Positions 26,319 through 39,391 of a DNA stretch of 64,000 nucleotides are shown here, piece by piece. This stretch comes from Lytechinus pictus (Eukaryota), in the NCBI RefSeq assembly GCF_037042905.1, contig NC_087257.1, forward strand, positions 15,748,001-15,812,000, read 5' to 3'. The notes under the pieces are model-generated. The model ran no database searches. It was not told where the DNA came from and worked only from the letters and a program-made list of their open reading frames with translations. The position numbers and the translations under genes were made by a program. The stretch's first letter is position 1. The number at the start of each line of letters is the position of its first letter.

Positions 26319-27114
26319 TAGTTTCGCACGTCCCCGTTTAATGCTTTTCAAACATGTACAATCTCACCCTGAATAATTCACAACCTAAAATACTTGCATC
26401 TGAGCCTCCAAAGTCCAGTAGAAGTTGAATATTTGCCGTTTTGACACTTTTTTTACAAAGTTTTACACCTATTTCGGAATTACTCGGTCGCTTGAAGCTC
26501 AGCGCTGCACATAAGCAGTCGGTAGGCGTACAGTACGTACCACCTAGTGAAGTGCAAGAAGAGCGAGTTTTTCTATGGTATCTCCAAAAAGATTTTTTCC
26601 CCCTCTTTCAGCTTGCACCAAGTATTACGGTAGTGGTTGTGCAGAGTGGTTGATGTTTGTTGTGTGAAGGTGTGTGTGGGGTGTGCGTGTGTGTGCTTGT
26701 TTGAATGAAATAAGAAATGTGAAAAATGTAAATCACACACACGCACACCCCACACACATACCTTCACACAACAAACATCAACCACTCTGCACAACCACTA
26801 CCGTAATACTTGGTGCAAGCTGAAAGAGGGGAAAAAATCTTTTTGAAGATACCATAGAAAAACTCGCTCTTCTTGCACTTCACTAGGTGGTACGTACTGT
26901 ATGCGTACCGACTGTTTATGTGCAGCGCTGAGCTTGATCAAGCGACCGAGTGATTCCGAAATAGGTGTAAAACTTTGTAAAAAAAGTGTCAAAACGGCAA
27001 ATATTCAACTTCTACTGGACTTTGGAGGCTCAGATGCAAGTATTTTAGGTTGTGAATTATTTAGGGTGAGATTGTACATGTTTGAAAACCATTAAACGGG
27101 GAGGTGCGAAACTA
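26319..27114. repeat. Near-perfect about 800-bp palindrome at the left end of the foldback element
   Basis: Arms 26319-26695 and 26734-27114, 38-nt spacer; mirror ORFs 26441+ and 26992- are near-identical. Confidence 0.9.
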
Positions 27115-27517
27115 ACTGCTGGCTAGCGACCGACGGGTTTCCATTCTCGGCCGTTCTCTGATTGGTCAGTTAAGACAGTGCGGTGTCTGTGTGTTCCGTG
27201 TGTGTATGTGTGATGCGAAGCGTGCTGTACATGTGTTCACTGGATTTGTGGGCATAGACTAGATACCCAGTCGTTTTATTGATTTTAACCTTACAATTAA
27301 TAACAACGATCAGGGATATTTTGTTGCTGTGTGTGCATGTGAAGGATAGAAGTTTCTTACAGCTCTTAATTAACTGACTCTCTTTCCAAGCTTAATATTT
27401 AAATGATAGTTGCTACATTCCAAGTTTTTGGAAAGGGTCTTTATTCTTTCCTCAGTCTATTAATTTTCCCATTACATCAATTAAAGAGAGTATTATACAA
27501 AAAAATGTCCACTGTAC

Positions 27518-28190
27518 ATGGAAACCTGCCATTCAATTGACTATATGTTTCAGTGTATAATGAAAATGGAAACATGCCGGTCAATTGACCAGTGTATAAT
27601 GAAATGGAAACATGCCGGTCAATTGACTATATGTTTCAGTGTATAATGAAACTGGAAACATGCCGGTCAATTGACCAGTGTATAATGAAATGGAAACATG
27701 CCGGTCAATTGACTATATGTTTCAGTGTATAATGAAAATGCATGGAAACATGCCGGTCAATTGTTTCAGTGTATAATGAAAATGGAAACATGCCGGTCAA
27801 TGGACAGTGTAAATGGAAACATGCCAATCAATTGACCAGTATAATATGAAAATGGAAACATGCCGGTCAGTTTACCATATTTTACTGTATAATAAAAATG
27901 GAAACATGCCGGTCAATTGACCAGTATAATATGAAAATGGAAACATGCCGGTCAGTTTACCATATATGTTTCAGTGTATAATGAAAATGGAAACATGCCA
28001 GTCAATTGACTATATGTTTCAGTGTATAATGAAACTGGAAACATGCCGGTCAGTTTACCATATGTTTCAGTGTATAATGAAAATGGAAACATGCCGGTCA
28101 GTTTACCATATGTTTCAGTGTATAATGAAAATGGAAACATGCCGGTCAATTGACCAGTATAATATGAAAATGGAAACATGCCGGTCAATT
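27518..28190 (+). repeat. Minisatellite array (about 36-46-bp units, core AATGGAAACATGCCGGTCAATTGAC); inverted counterparts at about 30010-30191 and 32373-32630
   Basis: Direct inspection of repeated units. Confidence 0.9.
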
Positions 28191-30191
28191 CTGTTCATTT
28201 TCTCTTTCTCTTTTGTTCTTTCTCTCATTGTCTATCTACTACAGACATATGTAATGAAGATCAGACGCATGGGGATTTTTTTTTTTTTACTTGTTAATTT
28301 TATTTATTTATTTCCGTTTCACAATTTTATGTTCTTTGAAAAACAGAAAGTGACAAGAACGTTTTTCATCAGCTAGATCATGATGCATGTATTAATTATT
28401 CATTAAGATTTCACATTGTGAAGAAATGTGCAAATTGAAAATCGCAATTTAACAGACAAATGAACTTCATTCTTTCATTTTTTCAATAAATTTTGTTTGT
28501 TTCATTTATTCACCATGCAACACAAAAATAAAACGTCAGAAATATAGTATACACATTGATATAATGATACATATAGGAGGAGCTGAACATAAACAAAATA
28601 TGTTTGAAGTGCAGATAGCATCATAGGTAAATAATTCGAACTAAACCATTGGCTCTCTATATAAGCATTCATTAAAAAACCCAAAAATAATGCCCTATAG
28701 CATGTATATCATCTTGAATAAAATTTCAAAAACATGCATCAACTATATCTCAAAGAGGAAAAGTATACTAAAAAAAATACAGTATAAATCCATACAAATT
28801 TCAGGATATTTTTATGATGAATTGGGGAGTGTTAAGGGGAGGGGGGGGGGGCATCATGCCCCAGCCCAGTTTGGGGTTAAGAAAGTGTAAAAAAAATTTC
28901 AGTAATTAATACCCATTTCATTGCCTTGACAAATTATTGGATATATCTTTCAATAAAATGACAAATATTTTTTCCATATTTTCAACAACAAGTATTGTAA
29001 AATCAGAACAGCTTCGGATCGATAGAAATATCACTTCGCTTACTTTGGAAGTAGTATCTATTGCATTGCAATTAGTAATCCATATATATGTCCCATTTAA
29101 ATTCTTTTGTATTTTATTATATGAAATTAGGTTTAGTCAAAAAATTTCTACCAAATTAAGAACTAAAACAATGGGATTGACTGATTGCGTGCATTAGTTA
29201 TTGCCGCAACTTTCATCTTATGGAGACACATCATTTACACATGTATGAAAAAATGAAACATATATGACTTCATGTAATACATAAGAAAAAGGAAAGTGGA
29301 GATTTGACATCATCAGCCCACTATATGAATATTCATGACGATGTGCATAACTGTTTTCACAAAATATTGATAAACTTTAAAATTCAATAACTTCCTTATC
29401 TGTTATCCAATTTTAAATTTTCAACATTTTGCTCAGTGAATTTTATTACATTTACTTTATAACAATATCAAAGTAATGTGGAGGTTCCGGTCTGCAAACT
29501 TCTCTGTTGAGACTCCTCCTATACACAAAAATATAAGTAAATGAAAAAAATAATAGGCATAAACATTCCGAATTAAACCTTTCTTTAAATAAAGCTAGGG
29601 AACAGCTAGGTGTTTAGAGGGAATATACATTCGCTGATATCCATCTAAGAAGGCAAATTACTCTTCTAATAAATAAGTCCCTGAATAAAATATGCTTTCT
29701 CCACAAAATACCCCCCCCCCCCGCGATACCCTAACACAATAATGGTGTGTTAATCCCTTGTACTCAGTATTGATTTTAAGGTCATAGTCAGAGTCTCGAG
29801 GGAATTTAAAAGGGGATTACAGCGTGAAAGTTCCTTTTGATTAGTCCCATATCAATGACATATGGATAGTAATTAAGTCCCTTTAATAGTAAACTTGTCA
29901 GACATATCCTGCCATAATCAACAAGTATATACAGTCAATATAAAAAAAACGTCCAACTATTATGCTTTATACAGGCAACCCAAACGTCCACATTTTGCAA
30001 TGAAACTTGTTGACAGGCATGTTTCCATTTTCATTATACAGTGAAATATATGGTCAATTGACCGGCATGTTTCCATTTTCATTATACACTGAAATATATG
30101 GTCAATTGACCGGTATGTTTCCATTTTCATATACACTGAAACATATGGTCAATTGACCAGCATGTTTCCATTTTCATTATATACACTGAAA

Positions 30192-32189
30192 CAACCAAAA
30201 AATTACACGGGGGCGGCGGGCGAATTCGCCCCGGAAAGTCCAAAAAGAGCCCTGGAAAAGGGCTAAAAACATTCACACGAGGGCGACTGCAAAACTCACA
30301 ATCGCCCCCGTCAACTAGGCTTGGGAGCCAGCGCCGGGTAATCGAGTCTACCCGATTCTCAATGCCAGAGTCGGGAGTCGACCCTGATCTCTGGAGACTC
30401 GAGTACCAAGCGGCGGCGGTTCTGAGATAAAGGGACTCGAGTCTTTGCCATGCTCTCTCATTCATGGACGAAAATCGGCCCCAGCGCCGACTCCAAGCAC
30501 TGAGATAAAATAAATGTAGAATTTGGAGCCGAGGAGTCATATACTTCGAGCAGAACGTTTCTCTGCTTGTGTGCTTTAGGCTCAGTGTGACTGCATGTGG
30601 TATGGGGATGCATCGTGTGCATTGTGTGTAGTGTGTATTTCTGTGTGTGTGACTGTAAAATGCCAGTAGAGACCACGTGCGCATGTGTTGAGCGACACTT
30701 GTGATTGTATCATGAACTGGGATTTGTGTGTGGATTGTGTGAGAAGTTTGGTGAAGGTGTAAGATTTTGGGCGACTTGATAGATGATTGCTCCCCCCCCC
30801 TCCCATTTATCTAGCCCCATGTCGAGCTGCATGCTGCAGCCACCCATCTTGATCCTTCCCCCCAAAGCTTGTCTCTCCTCATTCCTTCTTTTCTTCCAAA
30901 CTTTATTTCCCTATTATTCTTGTTAATTTCTCCTTTTACAAGTTGTAATTCACTACGAACTTCATTATAATTTTAATGAAGTGTTTATCACCTCTTGTTT
31001 GTTTTTAAATATTTTTATATCTCTGTTCAAAACAAGAGTCTCGTCTATCCCTTTTAAAAAAATCACGCTTTGATTTTTTTTATTTCATTCTAGTCTTAAA
31101 TGGGAGTCTTAAATTGCCTTATTGGAATATTGGCAAGAAGTTAATAAAAAAAATGATGTTATTGTTCTGTCAGTAATAAAAGTAGAGATTCAACTATGGA
31201 TATTTTTCAGTCATATTTCATTTAATCTTCGTTATTTTAATCCAAACATTCATTTTTTTTTCAATGATGTATTTCACCTTTGGCCAGTTCGCCATACTGA
31301 AAACGTAGACTAGCCCCTTAATTCAGGGACATCAACCCTCGGCAATTTGTTTACATAACTTTCTTTGTCTCCGTCATGTATTGCACAATCTTGAGAAGCA
31401 CATGTTTGGAAATCTGATATTCTTGTGGTGGTGGTGGTGGGGGGGGGGGGGTACGAGATTGCCGCCCTTTTCATTCTGTTTTGGTTTGGCTGCCACATGG
31501 CCTCTCTCACTGTGTGGAGAAATTAGGTCAGGTAAAATTTGCAAAGACGTGGATAAGTTCATTTCAATTAGAGGCTGTGCATTGTGCAAGGCTAGGCATT
31601 CATGATGGATGATGGAAATTGCGAGTTTTGGTTCTGGTAGGCCTTTTTGTCATGAATCTGTGTAACTGATACGAACGCTTAACAATTCAATGACCTTTAT
31701 GACTTATATCATTATTTTGTATGAATAATTTTAAGTCTTTTTTAAAAAGTGTCATTTAAATAACTTTCAGTCAAATATGTACGAAGGATATTTGTTCAAC
31801 TTCATAACATTTGCAGGTACCTAATACCTATATTGTATGATAAAATAAATTACCTCAGAATTGTACAAATTCAGAACTTTCTTTTTCTTTTACATTGTCT
31901 TTAGACACGAATACAGATCTTTCTAGATTAATTTGACAAATGGGCTATAACACTAAATAGTAAACACGCAAAGCTCACGTCAACCAAGTATCAAACATTC
32001 AAACTTGGATTAATTCATGGAGGTTCTACCTCCATGATTTAATCTGAATGAATCAACTCAGATATCGTTCAAGCATCAAAATCCATCTATCATCACAACA
32101 CTAAAATCATAAACAATCACTTCGAAGAAACAATGCGAAGGTCAAACCAGGGAAGTGTTATACTTCCCTGGTATATGCTAGCTACCGTG

Positions 32190-32231
<42 letters not shown>

Positions 32232-32372
32232 CAAAAAAGCCGCGAAATAGCTCCAGAAATTGTAGCCCTGGAAAGTGGAAAAAGAGCCCTGGAAAATGAA
32301 AAAGTAGCCCTGGAAAATTTTTAAGTTTCTCCAAAAAGAGCCCTGGAAAGAAAAAAAGTAATTTTTTGGTTG
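30192..32372. mobile_element. 2.18-kb non-autonomous DNA transposon (hAT- or P-like) nested in the foldback right arm
   Basis: Perfect 15-bp TIR CAACCAAAAAATTAC; 8-bp TSD CACTGAAA; subterminal AGCCCTGGAAA repeats. Confidence 0.82.
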
Positions 32373-35300
32373 CACTGAAATATATGGTCAATTGACCGGC
32401 ATGTTTCCATTTTCATAGTACCGGTTAATTAACCGGCATGTTTCCATTTTCATATTATACCGGTTAATTGACCGGCATGTTTCCATTTGCATATACACTG
32501 AGCTGAAACATATGGTATACTGACCGGCATGTTTCCACTTTCATATTATACTGGTCAATTGATTAGCATGTTTCCATTTTTATAATACACTGTCCATTGA
32601 CCGGCATGTTTCCATTTTCATTATACAGTGGACATTCTATAATGTAATGAAACACAAGTGAAGACTCTTTAATTGATATGTAATGGGAGAATTTTCTAAA
32701 ACAAACCAATCAATTAATTGGAATTTAGCAATTATCATTAAAATTTTAAGCTTGGAAAGAGAGTCAGTTAATTAAGAGCTGTAAGAAACTTCTAGCCTTC
32801 ACATGCACACACAGCAACAACAAAAAAACAATCCCTGATCGTTGTTATTGTAAGGTTAAAATCAAGAAAACGACTGGTTATCTACTCTAAGTCTCTATGC
32901 CCACACGTCCAGTGAACACATATGTACCGCACGCTTCGCACCACACATACACACACGGAACACACAGTCTTAACTGACCAATCAGAGAACGGCTGAGAAT
33001 GGAAACCCGTCGGTCGCTAGCCAGCAGTGCAGTCGAAACTACACTAGCGCCCATATTTCTCATGTTTCTGACTCTGAGAGTGAGATCAGAATAATAAATA
33101 AATGAATAGGCCTAGCCTAGGGCCTAATATTAATGAATATATTTGTAATAACTAGTAACTACTAGATTGTGCAGGGTAAGTGCACTTCCTCGCTTACAAT
33201 ATGAAGTGGTTTAGATCTAGACCTAGGGCTAGGCCCTACGCCAATTTTCAAGGAAACTGATCCACCAACAATAACGTACCTGGCCTGGTACTTACACATT
33301 TTTGCTACATGTGGGACCGAATGATAAGTGAGGCGAGGTAACGTGGAATGAACACACGGCAATTTAAATCGAAATTAACAATAAAAGTTGTATTATCAAA
33401 TTACAATGCACGAAATAATAAATTTAGATTATGAAAATTGTATTGCTACAAATTTAAAACATCACATTATAGCAATAACGTCTGAGATGGCTAATAATGT
33501 TTACCTGAATTCAGGAAGGCATGCACAAAGAAAAGAATGTAGCTAGCAGTCAATAACCGGCGCGCCGCCGTTGAATTACCTGTATACTGTAGCCTCGAAG
33601 ATGAGAAGCAACCATAGATATATACTAGTAATATTTCTCTATGGAAGCAACATACTTTTTGTATTGAACATAATATCACGACTTGTATGGAAATTACGAT
33701 ACAAATTGTTAGAAACTATGGTCAGGTTATCGGAAACGACATCCTGGCAATCGAGAAGGTGCAAACAAGTGAGAAACATCATGGACCTATGGAAATATAC
33801 AGAAAAAAATATGTATAACTTAGTGAAAGATCCTCCATCTTCAATAATGAAGACGGTATCGTCATATTTTCTCTCTCCAATCAAAGCATCAGCAGAGACG
33901 ATTATGAAGGCGCAAGAACGTGGGGAAGCGACCCTGTCCATAGGCGGATTTTATTTAAGACATTGCAAGGAAAAGGAAAATGTTCTGTCCCCAATCCCCC
34001 TTATAAAACCCCACATGGATCCACCCGTTTTTTTCAATGAAATAAATACTTTTTTGTTTACTAGCTTGTTCTGACAATGGGCGATTACACGACCGCGGTG
34101 CCTGGGCATGAGCGCGACGTTTTAAAAGAATTATCCATTATTATATAAATGGGCCTATTTTCCTTTGGGGGAGCCGGGGAGGGGGTAAGTTACTAAAGAA
34201 TAATTTTTTTTTAAAGGTTATGGAAATATGCTTATCATGTATGCTTCATAGTGCAAGTTAAGAGGATTTCCATTATTCTATTCAGAAATACAAGCTGCCC
34301 CCCCCCCCACTGTCTTGAATTAGAAAAAAAAATAAGTTCATGACATTCAAATAATATACTTCAACAAGTCAAATGTGATATAAATGACATTTTTATTACA
34401 TAAAATAGAATTATCGACATTAATCATAAAAATTTTGATGTGAATCATCTGAAAAAATAACAATGTTTCATCAAGTTTATACAAACAGTCGTTACTCCTT
34501 TTTTAAGTAAGTTTGTGCATTGTATATATTTTGTGCTTGTGTCAGGACCATAATGTAAAACAGCCTCGGCTGATCATGTTTTATCTTTATCCTGAATAAA
34601 TATGTTACAATAAAAAATAAAAATAAAAAAATACAACTTGGCTAATATGATTGTTATTTATATACATTAATTCATAGCGATGTCAAGCAAGATATAACAT
34701 TAATTTTTACATACCATCTATAACATTTCTCAATTAGCATGTTTTTATCACGAAAGTGTAGTTCATAAAGCTATACAAAAAACCCAATGCGTTTAAATAC
34801 AAAATCAAGATGATTATAATTATTTTACATGAAATGTCATATAAGAAAATGAATCATTGAGACCCTTAATCCCCCTTCCCTAAATCAGACATAAACAAAC
34901 TAAGAATGTAATGACTAAACCTCTAACGATGGCGGTCTCCTGCATTCATTTAAACTGTTATTTTCTTTTAATTGAATATTGCTTCTTGTTGATATTTATT
35001 TGTCATTGCTTTATTATGACTATTGCTTTATTGTTTTGTAAAACTTAAATGCATCCCCTAAATGTTATGTTGCATACTTATCTTGAATGCAGTTCTAAAC
35101 ATAATAAAATCAATCAATAAAAAAACACGAAACCACTGTTATAAAGTCTTGAAATACAATGAAAAAAATCATAGAAGTTGTTGGCCAAGGGAAAGGGATT
35201 GCTGGGTAGGGTTATATGTTATGTCATATTTTTTGCACCTTATTCACCGTCAAAATATAGCGTTCATCTGCTTATAAAAGGTCGGAGATGAGAACTGAGT

Positions 35301-36213
35301 GAATATAATAGCAATTGATGAAAATGAAAGCAGGGCCAACTCCACAAAAACCATGGAAACCCTGTCAATCTTTATATCATCATACATGTCATAGAAATCA
35401 AGTTCACCCCAAGAATAGCTAGAATATTAATAGAATTCTGTAGCAAAAGGAAAGTTATGACATTTTAAAGTTTCGCTTATTTGCCCAAAATGGTTTAAAT
35501 ACAAATTATAGGCAGCAAGGAGATGAGAGAGCAGAATACGTCGAACACTCACTATTTCTTTTGCAAGTTATGCAATATGAGACGACGTCAATTAAGTAAA
35601 TTATTTTCTCAAAAAATCTGAAATATTATTGGTTTCATTATGAAAGGTGTAAAAGCATTGTAATTTTGTCATGACTTTATAGAGATCCAGTCTTCTATAA
35701 TATTACCAAATCTATATAACAAAATGAATCAATCTATATTTCATATAATGGAATTCAAAATAACAGTGAGCGTGTGACATAATCGGCTCCCTCATTTGCA
35801 TACAAACCAGGGGGCCGTTTCATAAAGCTGTTCGACTTTAAGAACGACTGGTGAACCCTTCTTACGCGCTAAACCATAAACTATCGCCAATTAAATATAC
35901 CATTTTACTACCACAAGAAAGGATCACCAGTCGTTCTTTAAGTCGCTCTTAACTTACGAACAACTTTATGAAACACCCTCCTGGATGTATATTGTTAACA
36001 TAATTTGAACAACGCTGTTTACTGGGTGAATCGCACAGTAGTTTTAATATAGTTTTAAATATTTAATTGTCAATAATTTAAGCATGGTTGATTAAGATTT
36101 TAAACACTTGCTTAATCTGTTTAAACAACTACTGTGCGATTCACATAGTAAAGAGCGTTGCTTAAAATATTTTTAACAGTGGTATACGTAAAATTGGAAC
36201 AGAGGTGAAGAGC

Positions 36214-36646
36214 CACTAGCGTACCTAAGGGGGAGGGGGGCAGACTGCCCCCCCTGACGAGTCACAACTCATGCAGGGGACGTATCCCTGCCCCCTGACG
36301 AGTCACAACTGATACAGGGGACAGACGTATACCCCCTCTTTTGAACCTGATGCCCCTTTTTACCTTCTTTTTTTGCTTGTAAATTTTTTTTTGGGTAAGG
36401 AATCCTTTTTTTTTGGTTGAAGACCCTTTTCTTTTTTGGCTTGTCAAATTTTTTGTGTGGTAAGAAATCCTTTATTTGTGGTTGAAGACCTTTTTTTTTA
36501 CTTGTCAAATTTTTTTCAAGTAAGGAATCATTTTTTTGGTTGAAGACCCTTTTTTTTTTTTTTTTTTGGCTTGTCAAATTTTTTCGCGGACGAACTATCC
36601 TCCAAAAAATTTGCCCCCCTTCTGGAAAATCCTAGGTACGCCAGTG
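36214..36646. mobile_element. hAT-like MITE with internal T-rich tandem units
   Basis: CACTAGCGTACCTA..TAGGTACGCCAGTG; 8-bp TSD TGAAGAGC/TCAAGAGC (1 mismatch). Confidence 0.7.
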
Positions 36647-37708
36647 TCAAGAGCCATGCACCTGGGCCTGTCTTACAAAGAGTTACGATTGATCCGATCA
36701 ACCTAAAGTATATGAAATTCCATCAATGACATTATTTTTTTTGTTCAGTAGGAAGTTGCACAATGTCATTTGAAAATCAAGAGAAGCAAGAAAACAGTGA
36801 ATGTATGGATATTTTTATCTAAAACATATTTTGAACAAACATGTCTTTTAGAAAATTTTGACATTGTTGGATTTCCATAGTTGTGAGCGACTGGATCAAT
36901 TGTAACTCTTTGTAAGACGGGACCCAGTAAATAACCAGTTGCCCCTAAGGAATTAACAAGCAAAAACCAAATGGTTGGCGGGGTGGAGGTGAGGGTTCCT
37001 AGCCCACTCGGCCATGTCAGCTATCTCTGGATCCACCCTGGCCTTTGTGGCGCCAATCCTCAAACAAAAAAGAGAGTCTTTCGAACGTAGTCCTAAACAG
37101 GGGAAAAGCGTAACGACAGAATCACTTTTTTTTTTCAAGAGATGAATAGGCTTGAAATTAGCACTATTAACCGATTAAAAAGTAGTTTAGTAGACCAACC
37201 CAAAAGTAAATTTACAGCAGTATAATGTAATTGCTTGATATGCCAGACTTAAAAACCTATAACATTTTTTATACCTTTTTTGCCAAATAAATATATATTC
37301 GACATGGATTAAAAAAACAAAAAAGCTCCGTTTCCGTAGTAAAAAAATAGCATGTTGTTTAAGCTTGTCACTCTAGCAACAAGTTTTTGTAATTGTTTAA
37401 ACTCTTTAAACAACTTGTTAAAAAATTCAAATAGTTCTTTAAAAGGTTTAAACAATATAGTGGTTAGAGAGACGGGCTTAAACAACGTGCTTAAAATTTT
37501 AAGCTGCGTTTTTGCAGTGCCCAATATCATAATAAGAGTTTTTTTTTTCTTTTAGTTCATTACAATCTCTTCCATAAACATAGACATAATTTTTAAACAA
37601 ACATTATTTACCTGAGAGAAGTCATATTCTCCAATTTCGTCCACCCTCAGAGGCCCGTTAGAAAAAAGATTTGTTACGATTTGCGGTATACAACTCTGGC
37701 ATTCTGTT

Positions 37709-37885
37709 CAGGGGTCGCGGAACGGTTTTCAAAGTGGGGGGGCTGAGCCAAAAGTGGGGGGCTGACCATGCAAAAAATCACAATCCTACGGTCATTTTTA
37801 CGTTTTTGTACACGGTTTTGGAAAAAAGTGGGGGGGGGGGGGCTGAAGCCCCACAGCCCCCCCCCCCCCACTTCCGCGGCCCCTG
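37709..37885. mobile_element. Small MITE with 5-bp TSD CTGTT
   Basis: CTGTT|CAGGGGTCGCGGAA..TTCCGCGGCCCCTG|CTGTT. Confidence 0.65.
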
Positions 37886-38176
37886 CTGTTACCTATACCA
37901 TGATCAGATGATGATACAAGGGCTGCAACAAGTTTAAAATTAAGTTTTCCATGGTAGTTACCATGACGGCAAGGTTGCAATAATTGAAGAATGATTATGA
38001 AACGGGTCACTTAATTGTCATGCTTCTTTAAAAGAAAGTAGTCGGCACTCCAGTCGACACACTTGTTGAAATCGGCAACCATGGTTATTTTTTTAAACGT
38101 TATCGCTGCCTTTCCTCTTATACCTATTGTCAGTCATGTCAGGAGAGAATATAGTAGCAGGCATGGCAGGGGGAAT

Positions 38177-39350
38177 TGTAAGATTTAGAAAGTGTATTTT
38201 TTCTTTGAAATATTTAACATGACGTCAGAGACGTTAATTGAGTTGTAGCTAGCATCATTTATCTGGGTCGATAGAGGGCGTTGGAAATTTGCCTTGCCAA
38301 GATCAACAAAGATTTAAAGTTCAGCCCGTCGTGACTTTACAGTAGAATTCAAGATAATCGGTTCAAGTCCAATGTTGTAAGTAAAAGGACCTTTATATTT
38401 CCGTAATGTAATGTTTAACTGAATATATGGAACCAAAATTAACTTGAGACGATAATTAATTTGTTGTTAATTTAGCTCATAACTTTGGTGAAAGTGTTTG
38501 GAGTTTACGTATAGAATACACGTGTGATAAACGTATATTGACATTGTACATTGATAGGTAATTGGACATGCACATGAAGAGTGTTGCGTAATAGCATATC
38601 GGTACGGTACTGTGTGGTAATCTCGCACACAGTGCATAGTAGGCTATTCATGTTCAGAGTTGTAAACGAAATGGAATGTCAAATAAACAAATGTTGTTCT
38701 TTGTTAGCTACATTTGGTTCTAGTTGTTGAAAAGGATACAGTATATGTATGAGTTTGGAAATAAGGCATTAAAGCCAGTTTTTGGTGCATTTTAAAGCCC
38801 TGATAATTACAAATAACACATACAGTGAAGGTGAAATAAAAGCCTAGTTATTGGTTTGAGTAAAGTTATTGCTAGTCAATAATGCCTCAGAGTATATAGT
38901 TTAGAGGCAAGGTAATATTTAAGTATCGTAGTTGATATAAAGGACAAATGAGACAAAGTAAAGGTTTTGTTTATTTAACCGCATATAGCAAAGGTTATTC
39001 AAGGTCATTTGAATACATTGACAGAATTTGATAGGTAAATTTGTTACAGGAAACCAGAATATTTATTTAATGCAAGATTCAAACGTCACAAATAATTTGT
39101 GCAATACATAGACTATTTATTTTATCTCATGCAAGTACATAAATGTAACTGCATATACAGATGCTTATTATTGTTTGTTTATATTTTTATGCTACAGATT
39201 GAACATGCTCGATGGTATGCTCGATGGTATGCTCGATGGTATGCCCAGATTGTATACTTGATGCATCGTATGATAACTGGAAATTCCGCGTCACCGAGTC
39301 TTTTGTTTGAGTACTGTCTACTGTCAAGTCACTAGTAGTTATAAGTCACA
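38177..39350 (+). repeat. BEL LTR, subfamily A (5' LTR, 1174 bp)
   Basis: TGTAAGA start matches copies preceded by the PPT; end GTCACA defined by several independent junctions. Confidence 0.88.
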
Positions 39351-39391
39351 TAAAGTTCAATAACATTCGTCACCGTCACAGAACAGTCGCC

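Larger units (their letters stand above)
26309..33051. mobile_element. 6.7-kb non-autonomous modular foldback transposon (long TIRs with tandem-repeat domain), 8-bp TSD CATATTTC
   Basis: CATATTTC|GGCGCTAGTGTAGTTTCG ... CGAAACTACACTAGCGCC|CATATTTC; arms about 27115-28190 vs 30010-33028 (minus nested insert). Confidence 0.85.

Noticed and set aside
27518-28376. CRISPR-like array or repeat protein (143-aa ORF)
   Set aside because: No unique spacers, eukaryotic context; a minisatellite within a transposon arm that happens to be stop-free
33100-33360. Alternative first exon or second promoter (minus-strand GTAAGT near 33296, TAGGCCTA-rich flank)
   Set aside because: Motif evidence too weak without transcript data
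33571-34074. 167-aa ORF as a gene
   Set aside because: Non-ATG start, no recognisable domain, AT-rich, no supporting exon structure
39099-39335. 78-aa ARWY-repeat ORF recurring in each LTR
   Set aside because: GTG start, produced by a 12-bp DNA repeat; recurrence only reflects LTR copy number
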